Part shown: positions 19,197 through 28,936 of the stretch, in pieces | Numbering within the stretch: the first letter of the stretch is position 1 | Layout of the letters: the number at the start of each line of letters is the position of its first letter | Assembly (NCBI GenBank): GCA_031459625.1 | Contig: JAVKIH010000003.1 | Coordinates: forward strand, 1 to 48,860 | Direction of reading: 5' to 3' | Origin: Candidatus Geohabitans tengchongensis | GTDB lineage: Bacteria; Sysuimicrobiota; Sysuimicrobiia; Sysuimicrobiales; Humicultoraceae | DNA: 48,860 nt | Position numbers and translations under genes: made by a program | Notes under the pieces: model-generated | What the model saw: only the letters and a program-made list of their open reading frames with translations | Database searches by the model: none | Told to the model about the DNA's origin: nothing

Positions 19197-20021
19197 ATGG
19201 ACCAGGCGGGAGAGAGGAGCCAGCCGATCCGGGTCGTGGTGAGCGGGGCCGCCGGGCGCATGGGCCGCGCGGCGGTGCGCGCCATCGCCGCCACGACCGA
19301 CCTGCGCCTGGTGGGCGCCGTGGGGCGCTCCCGGGGTGTGGGGGCGGACGCCGGCACGGTGGCCGGCCTGGCGCCGCTGGGCGTGCCCATCGAGGCCAGC
19401 CTGGCAGACGTGCTCGACCGCGGCGCCGACGTGCTGGTGGAGTTCGCGCCCGGCGAGGCGGCGCTGGGGCACGCACGCGACGCGCTGGCCCGCGGGGTGC
19501 GCCCGGTGATCGGCGCCACCGGACTGCCCGCCGGCGCGGCCGACGAGCTGCGCGCGCTGTGCGCCGCGCGCGAGGTGGGGGCGGTCCTGGCGCCCAACTT
19601 CGCGCTGGGGGCGGTGCTGATGATGGTCCTGGCGGAGCGGGTAGCCCGCTACTTCCCCCACGTCGAGGTGGTGGAGCTCCACCACGACCGCAAGCGCGAC
19701 GCGCCCTCGGGCACGGCCGCCCGTACGGCCCGGCTGGTGGCGCGGGCGCGGGGGGCTGCGCCGCCTGCGCCGGTGGCCGAGGAGGAGACCGTCCCGGGGG
19801 CGCGGGGCGGGACGGTGGAGGGGGTGCGCGTCCACAGCGTGCGCCTCCCCGGGCTGGTCGCCCACCAGGAGGTCATCTTCGGCGGGCCGGGGCAGGTGCT
19901 GACCATCCGGCACGACTCGCTGAGCGAGGAGTCCTTCATGCCGGGCCTGCTGCTGGCGGTGCGGCGCGTCGTGCAGGAGCGCCGCCTGGTGGAGGGCCTC
20001 GAGGGCCTGCTCGACCTCTAG
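19197..20021 (+). CDS. dapB: 4-hydroxy-tetrahydrodipicolinate reductase
   Basis: GAAGRMG, APNF, ELHHDRKRDAPSGTA, HSVRLPG..AHQEV. Confidence 0.93.
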   Translation: MDQAGERSQPIRVVVSGAAGRMGRAAVRAIAATTDLRLVGAVGRSRGVGADAGTVAGLAPLGVPIEASLADVLDRGADVLVEFAPGEAALGHARDALARGVRPVIGATGLPAGAADELRALCAAREVGAVLAPNFALGAVLMMVLAERVARYFPHVEVVELHHDRKRDAPSGTAARTARLVARARGAAPPAPVAEEETVPGARGGTVEGVRVHSVRLPGLVAHQEVIFGGPGQVLTIRHDSLSEESFMPGLLLAVRRVVQERRLVEGLEGLLDL

Positions 20022-20083
20022 CGCCAAGGGCCGAAGGTCCGTCGGCGGCGACGCCGGGGCTTCGGGCCGCGGGGTCGCGCGCT

Positions 20084-21019
20084 TCAGGCCGCGGCCCGCA
20101 CCAGCTCCCGCAGCACCGCCCGCACCGCTCGCCCGCTGCCCAGCGAGAGCAGCACGGCCATCACCCCGTAGATCGGCAGGTGGCCGGCCAGCTCCCCCCA
20201 TCCCAGGAAGGGGAGGGTGAGGTTGAAGGGCAGCCAGGCGACCAGGATGACGAGGCGCGTCAGCAGCCCCGAGGCCAGCAGCACCCCCACGGTCACCTCC
20301 ACGACGCCGGCGGCCACGGCGAAGTCCCGGTCGCTGACCCCCGGAAACCCTAGGGCCGGCATGAAGTTGAACGGGTGCGCCCGCAGGAACGCCTCGGCCA
20401 GCGGCAGGTTCCACAGCTTCTCGGTGCAGCCGGTCCAGGCGATGGCCGCGCCGGTGAGCACGCGCAGGACCGGGACGCTCCAGAGGACCAGGCGTTCCAG
20501 GGGCGGCCGCGGGAGGCCGAAGACCGCGTCCAGCGAGTAGGGGCCGCGGCCGAAGACGAAGAGGAAGAAGGCGATGCCCAGCAGGTGGAGGTGGTCGAGG
20601 AGGTCGAGGGGGCCGAAGACGACGAGCCCGGCGACGAAGAGCCCCCCGATGGCCAGGGCGGCCAGGCGAGTGAGCGCCCCGTAGACCAGGCTGAGGGCGA
20701 CGACGATCTCCCCCAGCGCCAGCACGCCGGCCCAGAAGGTCCGGGGCATGAGCAGGTTGGGGGCGAACAGCTGCACCGCCAGGTGGGCTCCGAGGATGAG
20801 CGGCAGCCAGGCGAACAACCGCTCCACCGCCGCCACCGGCAGGGTGACCGCGACCGGTCGCCGGTAGCGCTGCCAGAGCCGGTCGAGGACCGCGGCCGCG
20901 GCGACCGCGGCGGCCGCGACGCCGAGGGCCAGGGCGGTGCGCGCGAGCGCCTCCGCGTCCAGGCGCGCCGGGTAGCGGGCGGGGTCGACGAACCACTTGA
21001 CGTGCAAGAGCGGGCTCAC
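20084..21019 (-). CDS. DoxX-like multi-pass membrane protein
   Basis: N-terminal HVKWF, multiple hydrophobic helices, G.GPYSLD, EKL, ELAGHLPI. Confidence 0.7.
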   Translation of the reverse strand: MSPLLHVKWFVDPARYPARLDAEALARTALALGVAAAAVAAAAVLDRLWQRYRRPVAVTLPVAAVERLFAWLPLILGAHLAVQLFAPNLLMPRTFWAGVLALGEIVVALSLVYGALTRLAALAIGGLFVAGLVVFGPLDLLDHLHLLGIAFFLFVFGRGPYSLDAVFGLPRPPLERLVLWSVPVLRVLTGAAIAWTGCTEKLWNLPLAEAFLRAHPFNFMPALGFPGVSDRDFAVAAGVVEVTVGVLLASGLLTRLVILVAWLPFNLTLPFLGWGELAGHLPIYGVMAVLLSLGSGRAVRAVLRELVRAAA

Positions 21020-21150
21020 GGCATCCTCCGACGCGACGGCGTGCGCACGCTCACAAGGATACGGCCCTGGGGGCTCCGCGCGGCAAGGAGGTGCGAGGAG
21101 GCGGCGCGAATCAGCGCAGGGTATGCTAGCGGGAGGTCAGGACGAGCGAC

Positions 21151-22272
21151 ATGGCCACATCCCCTGAACCGTCCATGCCCACGCCCGAGCCCGCCGGACG
21201 CTCCGGCTACACCGTGGCCGTGGTCGGCGCCACCGGCCTCGTCGGTGGCGAGATGGTCCGCCTGTTGGACGCGCGCCGCTTCCCGGTGGCGGCGCTGCGC
21301 CTCTTCGCCACGGCGCGCTCCGCCGGCAGGACGCTGCCCTTCCGGGGCCGCGACGTCACCGTCGCCGAGACCAGCGAGGCTGCGCTGGCCGCCTGCGATC
21401 TGGTGCTCTTCGCCGGGGGCGACGACGCCAGCCGCCGCTTCGCCTGGAGCGCGGCCGCCGCGGGGGCGGTGGTCGTGGACAACTCCTCCACCTGGCGGCA
21501 GGACCCGCGCGTCCCCCTGGTCGTCCCCGAGGTGAACGGCCACGCCCTGGCCCGCCACCAGGGCGTGATCGCCAACCCCAACTGCTGCGCCGCCGCCCTG
21601 GTCATGGCGCTGGCCCCGCTGCAGCGCGCGGTGGGGTTGCGGCGGGTCGTGGTCAGCACCTACCAGTCCGCCTCGGGCGGGGGGGCCGACACCCTGCGGC
21701 GGTTGCTCGACGAGACGCGGGCGCTGCTGCAGGACCCCGACGCGCTCGTGCGCGGCGACAGCGAGCGCATCGCCGCCCTGGCCGGCGACCGGGACCCGCT
21801 GGCCTTCAACGTCCGCCCGCAGTGGCGCTGGGGGCCGGACGGGATGACCGAGGAGGAGGCCAAGGTCGTCGCGGAGACCCGCAAGATCCTCGAGGTGGAC
21901 CTGCCGGTGTCGGTGACGACGGTGCGCGTGCCCGTGCTCGTGGGGCACACCCTGGTGGTCCACGCCGACCTGGCGCAGCCGCTGACCGCGGAGGCGGCCC
22001 GCCGCCTCTTCGCCGCCGCGCCCGGCGTGGCGGTGGAGGACGCCCCCGAGGAGGACCGCTACCCCACGCCGCTGCGGGCCGCGGGGCGCGACCCGGTGCT
22101 GGTGGGGCGGATCCGCCGGGTGCCGGGCGACGAGCCGGCGCTGACCTTCGTCGTGGCCAGCGACAACCTGCGCAAGGGGGCAGCCCTGAACGCCATCCAG
22201 ATCGCCGAGGCGCTCGTGGCCCGGGGGCACCTGCGCCCGCGGTCCACTCCGGCACGGGCGCCCGGCGCCTGA
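21151..22272 (+). CDS. asd: Aspartate-semialdehyde dehydrogenase
   Basis: GATGLVG, DNSS, PLVVPEVN, IANPNC, STYQ, RVPV..GH, DNLRKGAALNAIQIAE. Confidence 0.93.
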   Translation: MATSPEPSMPTPEPAGRSGYTVAVVGATGLVGGEMVRLLDARRFPVAALRLFATARSAGRTLPFRGRDVTVAETSEAALAACDLVLFAGGDDASRRFAWSAAAAGAVVVDNSSTWRQDPRVPLVVPEVNGHALARHQGVIANPNCCAAALVMALAPLQRAVGLRRVVVSTYQSASGGGADTLRRLLDETRALLQDPDALVRGDSERIAALAGDRDPLAFNVRPQWRWGPDGMTEEEAKVVAETRKILEVDLPVSVTTVRVPVLVGHTLVVHADLAQPLTAEAARRLFAAAPGVAVEDAPEEDRYPTPLRAAGRDPVLVGRIRRVPGDEPALTFVVASDNLRKGAALNAIQIAEALVARGHLRPRSTPARAPGA

Positions 22273-22298
22273 CCGCCGCACCGCCACCGGTCACGGGG

Positions 22299-23546
22299 AT
22301 GCCCATCATCGTGCAGAAGTACGGCGGGCTGCTCCTGGCCACCGCGGAGGGGCGGGCCCAGGTGGCGGAGCAGGTCATGGCCGCGCGCCGCCGCGGGTAC
22401 GACGTCGTCGTGGTGGCCTCGGCCCTGGGGCGCGAGGGGGACCCGTACGCCACCGACACCCTGCTCGGCCTGGCCCACACCGTCGACCGCGACGTGGCCC
22501 CGCGCACGCTCGACCTGCTCCTCTCCTGCGGCGAGATCATCTCCACGGCGCTGCTGGCGCATACCCTGGAGCGGTCGGGCTGTCCCGCCGTGCCGCTGAC
22601 CGGGGCCCAGGCCGGCATCCAGACCACGGGGGACTTCGGCGAGGCCCGCATCGTCCGCATCGACCCCTCGCGCGTCCGCCGGCACCTGGCCCAGCACGCG
22701 GTCGTGGTCGTGGCCGGGTTCCAGGGCGCCACCCCCGAGGGGGAGATCACCACGCTGGGCCGCGGCGGCAGCGACACCACCGCGGTGGCCCTGGGGGCGG
22801 CGCTGGGGGCCGACCGGGTGGAGATCTACAAAGACGTGGAAGGAATCATGACCGCGGACCCGAAAGTGGTGCCGCAGGCGCGGGTCATCACGCAGATCTC
22901 CTACGACGAGGTCTCGCAGATGGCCGCCCTCGGCGCCCGGGTGATCCACCCGCGGGCGGCCGACATCGGCCGGGAGCACGACGTGCGGGTGGTCATCCGG
23001 CCCCTTGGCGCCGCGGAGTGGGGAGGCACGACGCTCGTGCGCGGACCCGAACTCGGTGTGCCCATTAGCGACGGGCGCCCCGTCATCGCCCTGGCCCACC
23101 TGCCCGACGTCGTCCAGCTCAAGGTCCGGCGGCCGCCGGGCGAGGGGATCGACCACCCCCTGCAGGCCCTCGACCTGCTGGCCCGCCACGGGATCAGCAT
23201 CGACCTGATCACCCTCATGCCCGAGCTCCTGGCCTTCACCGTGCGGGCGGAGGACGACGAGCGGGCGCGGGGGTTGCTGGAGGAGGCCGGGTACGAGGTG
23301 ACGGTGACCCGCCCCTGCGCCAAGGTCTCCATCATCGGGGCGGGGATGCGGGGGATGCCGGGGGTGATGGCGCGCGTGGTGAAGGCGCTGCGGGAGGCGC
23401 GGGCCGACATCCTCCAGACCGCCGACTCCCACACCACCATCTCCTGCCTGGTGCGCCGCGACCAGATGGAGGCCGCCCTGCGCGCGCTACACGACGAGTT
23501 CGGGCTGGGCGAAGAGGTACGCTCGGAGCAGGAAGCCCCCGGGTAG
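22299..23546 (+). CDS. Aspartate kinase (DapG/LysC-like)
   Basis: VQKYGG, DPYATDTLL, VAGFQG, TTLGRGGSDTTA, DVEGIMTADP, C-terminal ACT domains. Confidence 0.9.
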   Translation: MPIIVQKYGGLLLATAEGRAQVAEQVMAARRRGYDVVVVASALGREGDPYATDTLLGLAHTVDRDVAPRTLDLLLSCGEIISTALLAHTLERSGCPAVPLTGAQAGIQTTGDFGEARIVRIDPSRVRRHLAQHAVVVVAGFQGATPEGEITTLGRGGSDTTAVALGAALGADRVEIYKDVEGIMTADPKVVPQARVITQISYDEVSQMAALGARVIHPRAADIGREHDVRVVIRPLGAAEWGGTTLVRGPELGVPISDGRPVIALAHLPDVVQLKVRRPPGEGIDHPLQALDLLARHGISIDLITLMPELLAFTVRAEDDERARGLLEEAGYEVTVTRPCAKVSIIGAGMRGMPGVMARVVKALREARADILQTADSHTTISCLVRRDQMEAALRALHDEFGLGEEVRSEQEAPG

Positions 23547-23578
23547 CAGCGGGAAGCGGCGGGAGGGAGGGACGGCTC

Positions 23579-24472
23579 ATGGTGGACCTGGGACACGTCA
23601 TCACGGCGATGGCGACGCCCTTCGACCGGGAGGGCCGCGTGGACTACGCCCGCGCCGCCGAGCTGGCGCGGCGGCTGGCGGACCGCGGGTCGGACGGGCT
23701 GGTGGTGGCCGGTACGACCGGCGAGGCCCCGACCCTCACCGACGAGGAGAAGGTCACGCTCGTCCGCACCGTGCGCGAGGCGGTGGGGCCGCGCGTGAAG
23801 GTGATCGCCGGCACCGGCACCTACGACACGGCCCACTCCATCCACCTCACCCGGGAGGCGGAGCGGGCCGGGGCGGACGCCGTGCTGCTGGTCAACCCCT
23901 ACTACAACCGGCCGTCGCAGGACGGGCTGTACGCCCACTTCAAGGCGGTGGCGGAGGCCACCCACCTGCCGGTCGTCCTCTACAACATCCCGGGCCGCAC
24001 CGGGGTGAACTGCCTGCCCGAGACGGTGGCGCGTCTGGCCGAGGTCCCCAACATCGTGGCCCTCAAGGAGGCGAGCGGCAGCCTCGACCAGGCCTCGGAG
24101 GTGCGCCGGCGCACCCCGCCGGACTTCCTGATCTACTCGGGCGACGACAGTCTCACCCTGCCGATGCTGGCCGTGGGCGGGACGGGCGTCATCAGCGTGG
24201 CCAGCCACCTGGTGGGCCAGGAGATCGGCCAGATGATCCGCGCCTTCCTGGCCGGGGACGTGCGCACCGCGCTGGCCCTGCACCTGAAGCTCCTGCCGCT
24301 GTTCAAGGTGCTCTTCATCACCACGAACCCGGTGCCCCTCAAGGCGGCGCTGGCCCTCAGCGGCTTCGACGTGGGGCGGCCGCGCCTGCCCCTGGTGGAG
24401 GCGACGCCCCGGGAGCGGGAGCAGATCGCCGCGGTGCTGCAGGAGCTCAACCTCGTCCCGGTGGCGGCGTAG
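23579..24472 (+). CDS. dapA: 4-hydroxy-tetrahydrodipicolinate synthase
   Basis: GTTGE, PYYN, LYNIPGRT, ALKEASG, SGDD, NPVPLK. Confidence 0.95.
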   Translation: MVDLGHVITAMATPFDREGRVDYARAAELARRLADRGSDGLVVAGTTGEAPTLTDEEKVTLVRTVREAVGPRVKVIAGTGTYDTAHSIHLTREAERAGADAVLLVNPYYNRPSQDGLYAHFKAVAEATHLPVVLYNIPGRTGVNCLPETVARLAEVPNIVALKEASGSLDQASEVRRRTPPDFLIYSGDDSLTLPMLAVGGTGVISVASHLVGQEIGQMIRAFLAGDVRTALALHLKLLPLFKVLFITTNPVPLKAALALSGFDVGRPRLPLVEATPREREQIAAVLQELNLVPVAA

Positions 24473-24496
24473 CGCGGGCGCGCGGAGGGACGGGCC

Positions 24497-25252
24497 GCGG
24501 CCGGCGACCACACCACCGTCCCGGCAGGGCGGGAGGAGCGCGCAGCCGCCCTCGCCCGCCTGCACGAGGAGATCCGCGGCTGCACCCGCTGCCCGCTGTG
24601 GCGCACTCGCACCCAGGCCGTCCCCGGGGAGGGACCGGTGGGGGCCGAGGTGGTCTTCGTCGGCGAGGCGCCCGGACGGACCGAGGACCTGCAGGGGCGC
24701 CCCCTCGTCGGCGCGGCCGGGCGGGTCTTCGACCTGCTCCTGCAGGAGGCGGGGCTGCGGCGTGACGAGGTCTACATCACCAACGTCCTGAAGTCCCGCC
24801 CGACCGACACCCGCGACGGCCCCAACCGGCCGCCGCGCCCCGCCGAGGTGGCCGCCTGTCGCCCCTGGCTTGAGCAGCAGCTCGCGCTCCTGCGCCCGCG
24901 CCTGGTGGTCACGCTGGGGAGCACGGCCCTGCGCTGCTTCCTGCCGGGACGGCGCCTGGACGAGGTGCACGGGCAGCCGATCCGCCAGGGTGACCGCGTC
25001 ATCCTGCCGACCTTCCACCCGGCCGCCGCCGTCCGCCATGCCCGGGTGGGCCCGGGGCGCGAGGATTGCGCGGTGGTGCTGCGGCGGGACTTCCGCAAGA
25101 TCCCGCGCCTCCTCGAGGGGCTGCGGGAGGCGGCCCGGCGGGCGCCTGCGCCCGGGTCTCGCACGACGCCTCCGACCGGGCCCCGTACGGCGCCTCCGCC
25201 CGGGATCCGGAGGGCCCGGACCCGCAGGGGCCCTCCGTCCCGTGGCGGCTGA
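24497..25252 (+). CDS. Family-4-like uracil-DNA glycosylase; start codon uncertain, possibly degenerate
   Basis: In-frame CTRC upstream of the tracked GTG 24638; GEAPG, YITNVLKSRP, AACRPWL, TFHPAA; no ATG/GTG/TTG before the CxxC. Confidence 0.75.
   Translation, partial: AAGDHTTVPAGREERAAALARLHEEIRGCTRCPLWRTRTQAVPGEGPVGAEVVFVGEAPGRTEDLQGRPLVGAAGRVFDLLLQEAGLRRDEVYITNVLKSRPTDTRDGPNRPPRPAEVAACRPWLEQQLALLRPRLVVTLGSTALRCFLPGRRLDEVHGQPIRQGDRVILPTFHPAAAVRHARVGPGREDCAVVLRRDFRKIPRLLEGLREAARRAPAPGSRTTPPTGPRTAPPPGIRRARTRRGPPSRGG
25142..25213 (+). repeat. Three imperfect 24-bp tandem repeats in UDG tail
   Basis: GCGCCTGCGCCCGGGTCTCGCACG / ACGCCTCCGACCGGGCCCCGTACG / GCGCCTCCGCCCGGGATCCGGAGG encoding APAPGSRT/TPPTGPRT/APPPGIRR. 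Confidence 0.6.
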
Positions 25253-25396
25253 GCGAGGATGGGCCGCCGTCCCGCCGGCGGGACGGCGGCCAGCGGCGTC
25301 GGTGGCCGGGGGAGGGCGGATCGTCTACAATCGAGGGCGATTGGGTCCTCGCACGCCATGCACCCCGGGGCCGCGGCCCCGCCGTCGGAGCACTGA

Positions 25397-26215
25397 ATGG
25401 CGCAGCTGATCCTCCTCGGCCTCGTCCAGGGGCTGACCGAGTTCCTCCCCGTGAGCAGTACCGCCCACCTGCTCTTCGCCGAGCACTTCCTCCGCCTGCC
25501 TCGGCCCGGCCTCGTCCTGGAGGCGGTGTTGCACCTCGGCACGGCCCTGGCCGTGCTGATGCTCTTCTGGCCGGACGTCCGGCGCCTGGTCGCCGCCGCC
25601 GTCCGCTGGGTGCGCCATACCCGGGTGCGCGGTGCTCCGGGGGGTCGGCCTGTCGAGGACCCGGACAGCCGCCTGGCCGGCGTGGTCCTGCTGGCCACCG
25701 TGGTCACCGCGGCCCTTGGCCTGCTCTTCCTCGAGCCGCTGGAGCGCATGTTCACCTCGGTCCGGGGGGTGGCCGTACAGCTGCTCCTGACCGGCCTCAT
25801 CCTCCTCCTCGCGCGCGAGCGCGGCCGCCGCCGTGCCGAGGACGCCGGCGCCCTCGACGCGCTGGTCCTGGGACTGGCCCAGGCGGTCTCCATCGTGCCG
25901 GGCATCTCCCGTTCTGGGATCACCATCGCCGCCGCGCTGTGGCGGGGGCTCGGGCGGGAGGACGCCGCCCGCCTCTCCTTCCTCGTCGCCCTGCCCGCGC
26001 TGGTGGGAGCCAGCCTCTTCTCGCTGCGCGACCTGGGAGAAGCGGCGAGCCTCGGCTACACCCCGGCACAGCTCGCCACCGGGTTTGTGGTCTCCGCCCT
26101 CTCGGGCGCCGCGGCCATCCGCTGGCTGCTGGCCGTGCTGCGGCGCAGCCGCCTCGGCGGGTTCGCCCTCTACTGCTGGGCGGCGGGCCTCGCGGTGCTT
26201 GCGGCCACCCGGTGA
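25397..26215 (+). CDS. uppP: Undecaprenyl-diphosphate phosphatase
   Basis: GLVQGLTEFLPVSSTAH, HLGT, PGISRSGIT; TACAAT -10 at 25326-25331. Confidence 0.93.
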   Translation: MAQLILLGLVQGLTEFLPVSSTAHLLFAEHFLRLPRPGLVLEAVLHLGTALAVLMLFWPDVRRLVAAAVRWVRHTRVRGAPGGRPVEDPDSRLAGVVLLATVVTAALGLLFLEPLERMFTSVRGVAVQLLLTGLILLLARERGRRRAEDAGALDALVLGLAQAVSIVPGISRSGITIAAALWRGLGREDAARLSFLVALPALVGASLFSLRDLGEAASLGYTPAQLATGFVVSALSGAAAIRWLLAVLRRSRLGGFALYCWAAGLAVLAATR

Positions 26216-28686
26216 GGAGCACCGTGGCCCGGCGTCGCCGACCCACTGCCGCCCGCCGCCGCGAGGGCATCGGCGTCCTCTGCCTGCTGACCGCCCTCGT
26301 GCTGGCGATCAGCTTCCTGCCGCGGGCGGGCGGTGTGGCCATCGCGCTGGAGCGGTGGCAACGGCTGGCCCTGGGCCGCGCCGCACCGGCGCTCCCGACG
26401 GTGCTGCTGGTGGTCGGGCTGGTGCTCGCCGCGGCCCGCGGACGGTTCCGCATCACGCGGCGGCTGGTGGGGCTCGCGCTGGCCGCGGCGACGCTCCTGG
26501 CCGCCGTCCACGCCCGCGTCCCGGCGGGGCTGGAGTTCGCGGCGGCACGGCGGGGCGAGGGGACAGGGACGGTCGGTGCCGTGCTGGTGTGGGCGGCGCG
26601 CCGCCTGCTGGGCGAGCCCGGGCTCTGGCTCCTCCTGGCGGTCGGGGGTGCGGGCGCGCTCCTGCTGCTCGCCGGCCTCTCGGTGCGGCGGCTGGCCGAG
26701 CTGCTCCTGACCCTGGTGGCTCTAGTCCCCGGCCTGATCCTGCGGGGCGCCGCGGCGCTGTGGCAGGGGGCAGGGCGCCTGGCCCGCCTGACGACAGCGT
26801 GGGCGGAGCGCGGGTGGCGTCGCGCCGCGCCGGCCGTGGCCGTGTGGGCCTCGACGGCCGGTGAGCGGGCGCGCGTCCGGGCGGCTGCAGCGGTGGCGAC
26901 GGCTGCCGCCCGCCTGCGGGCGCACCGGCCCGCGGGGACGCCGGTGCCCGTCCTCGAAGGCGGCCCGTCCGCCGCGTCCCTGGGGGGCGCCGCCGCGGGG
27001 ATGCCTGCCCGCGGGAAGGCGGCTGTCGCCCCGGAGCATGCCGTCTCGCCGGGCGCAGCCGGAGCGTCGGAGACCGCTGCCGCGACCCCGGGCGTGCCCG
27101 GAGGTGCGCAGTCCCCCCCGCGCAGCGCGCCCGCCGCGACTGCCGGCGCCGACCGGGGCAGCCCCGACGAGCCCCTCCCGCCGGCGGTCCGCCGCCGCCG
27201 GCAGCGCCGCGAGGAGGGACACCAGGAGTCCCTCCTCCCCGACACCCCGGAGGCCTACCAGCTGCCGCCGCTGTCGCTGCTCGCGGACCTCCCGCAGACG
27301 CGGCGCGGCCGCTGGGACCCGGCCGAGACTGCCCGCCACCTGGAGCAGACGCTCGCCTCCTTCGGCGTCGAGGCGCGCGTCGTCCACTGGGAGCAGGGGC
27401 CGGTGGTGACCCGCTTCGAGGTCCAGCCGGCGCCGGGGGTGAAGGTCCAGCGCATCGCCAGCCTGACCAACGACATCGCCCTCCACCTGGCCGCGCCCAG
27501 CGTGCGCATCGAAGCCCCTATCCCGGGGAAGTCCGCCGTGGGGATCGAGCTGCCCAACCAGAAGGCCAGCCTGGTCCACCTGAGGGAGATCCTGGCGCTG
27601 CCCGAATTCCAGGCCCACCCCGGCGCGCTGGTGATCGCGCTGGGGAAGGACATCGCCGGCCACCCCATCGTCGCCGACCTCACCGAGATGCCCCACCTGC
27701 TCATCGCCGGCGCCACCGGGTCGGGCAAGTCGGTGATGCTGAACGCCATCATCGCCAGCCTGCTCTTCCGCTACACCCCGCGTCAGGTGCGGCTGGTGAT
27801 GATCGACCCCAAGCGGGTGGAGATGACCCACTACAACGACATCCCCCACCTGCTCGTCCCGGTGGTCACCAACCCGCGGGCGGCGGCGGGGGCGCTCAAG
27901 GAGATGCTCCGGGTGATGGAGCAGCGCTTCGAGCGCTTCGCCCGGGCGGGGGTGCGCAACATCCAGGCCTACAACGCCCTCACCGACGTCGAGCCGCTCC
28001 CCTTCATCGTCATCGTCATCGACGAGCTGGCCGACCTGATGATGGTGGCGCCCGCCGACTTCGAGGACGTCATCGTGCGCCTGGCCCAGATGACCCGCGC
28101 CACTGGCATCCACCTGGTCGTGGCCACCCAGCGTCCCTCCGTGGACGTCATCACCGGGCTCATCAAGGCCAACATCCCCTCGCGCATCGCCTTCGCCGTC
28201 TCCTCCCAGGTGGACAGCCGGACGATCATCGACACGCCCGGCGCGGAGAAACTGCTGGGGCGGGGGGACATGCTCTTCCTGCCCATCGGGGCCTCCCGGC
28301 CCATGCGGGCGCAGGGGTCCTTCATCACCGACGGGGAGATCCAGGCGGTGGTGGACTGGTGGCGGGGCCAGGGGCGCCCGCAGTTCGACGAGAGCCTGCT
28401 CCAGGCCGGGCGGGAGATGGCGGCGGGGGAGGGGGGCGAGGACCACGCGCGCCTCAGCGAGGCGGCCCGCATCGTCGTCCGCGCCGGGTACGGCTCGGTC
28501 TCGCTCCTCCAGCGGAAGATGCGCATCGGCTACGTCACCGCCGCGCGGCTCATCGACCAGCTCGAGGAGCGCGGCATCGTCGGGCCGGCCCAGGGGAGCA
28601 ACCCGCGGGAGGTGCTGGTGGGGGTGGAGGGGCTGGAGCGGCTCCTCCGGGCGCGGCCGGAGGACGACGAGGCCGGGCGCCCCTGA
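26212..28686 (+). CDS. ftsK: DNA translocase FtsK/SpoIIIE
   Basis: N-terminal TM helices; RIEAPIPGK; AGATGSGKS; IDELADLM; ATQRPSVDVITG; gamma domain SVSLLQRK; start GTG 26212 (alternative 26224). Confidence 0.93.
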   Translation: MRSTVARRRRPTAARRREGIGVLCLLTALVLAISFLPRAGGVAIALERWQRLALGRAAPALPTVLLVVGLVLAAARGRFRITRRLVGLALAAATLLAAVHARVPAGLEFAAARRGEGTGTVGAVLVWAARRLLGEPGLWLLLAVGGAGALLLLAGLSVRRLAELLLTLVALVPGLILRGAAALWQGAGRLARLTTAWAERGWRRAAPAVAVWASTAGERARVRAAAAVATAAARLRAHRPAGTPVPVLEGGPSAASLGGAAAGMPARGKAAVAPEHAVSPGAAGASETAAATPGVPGGAQSPPRSAPAATAGADRGSPDEPLPPAVRRRRQRREEGHQESLLPDTPEAYQLPPLSLLADLPQTRRGRWDPAETARHLEQTLASFGVEARVVHWEQGPVVTRFEVQPAPGVKVQRIASLTNDIALHLAAPSVRIEAPIPGKSAVGIELPNQKASLVHLREILALPEFQAHPGALVIALGKDIAGHPIVADLTEMPHLLIAGATGSGKSVMLNAIIASLLFRYTPRQVRLVMIDPKRVEMTHYNDIPHLLVPVVTNPRAAAGALKEMLRVMEQRFERFARAGVRNIQAYNALTDVEPLPFIVIVIDELADLMMVAPADFEDVIVRLAQMTRATGIHLVVATQRPSVDVITGLIKANIPSRIAFAVSSQVDSRTIIDTPGAEKLLGRGDMLFLPIGASRPMRAQGSFITDGEIQAVVDWWRGQGRPQFDESLLQAGREMAAGEGGEDHARLSEAARIVVRAGYGSVSLLQRKMRIGYVTAARLIDQLEERGIVGPAQGSNPREVLVGVEGLERLLRARPEDDEAGRP

Positions 28687-28936
28687 GGGTTGAGGGCCCA
28701 GGACTGAGCGCCACTGGGGGCTGAGCGCCGCTGAGGACGGGGTATCCCGCACCGGCCGGTGGCCGCACGCGCCGGCCACGGGAGGGAGCGGGCAGGCGCG
28801 GGTGCCTGGCGTCGCGAAGTACCGCGCCGCCGGCGGTCGGCCGGGCCGTCGGCCCGGCGGCACGGGCGCTCCGCGCGATCCGGTACGATAGAGGCGTGAC
28901 ATCGCCGGGGACGCCCGGCGAGGGAGGGGGTGGCAG

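Noticed and set aside
21020..21150. Lysine riboswitch before asd-aspartokinase-dapA
   Set aside because: Intergenic space of about 130 bp shared with a divergent gene; no recognisable aptamer.
25066..26211. Long N-terminal extensions in the ORF track (ftsK 1206 aa; also pnp/M16, psuG, ABC ATPase, ORF 137..1990)
   Set aside because: They overlap real genes in other frames and are low-complexity R/P/G; not true fusions.
28683..28737. Recurrent CTGAG words and a 17-bp near-duplication after ftsK, considered as CRISPR or iteron
   Set aside because: Too short and degenerate; no constant repeat-spacer period; no cas genes.
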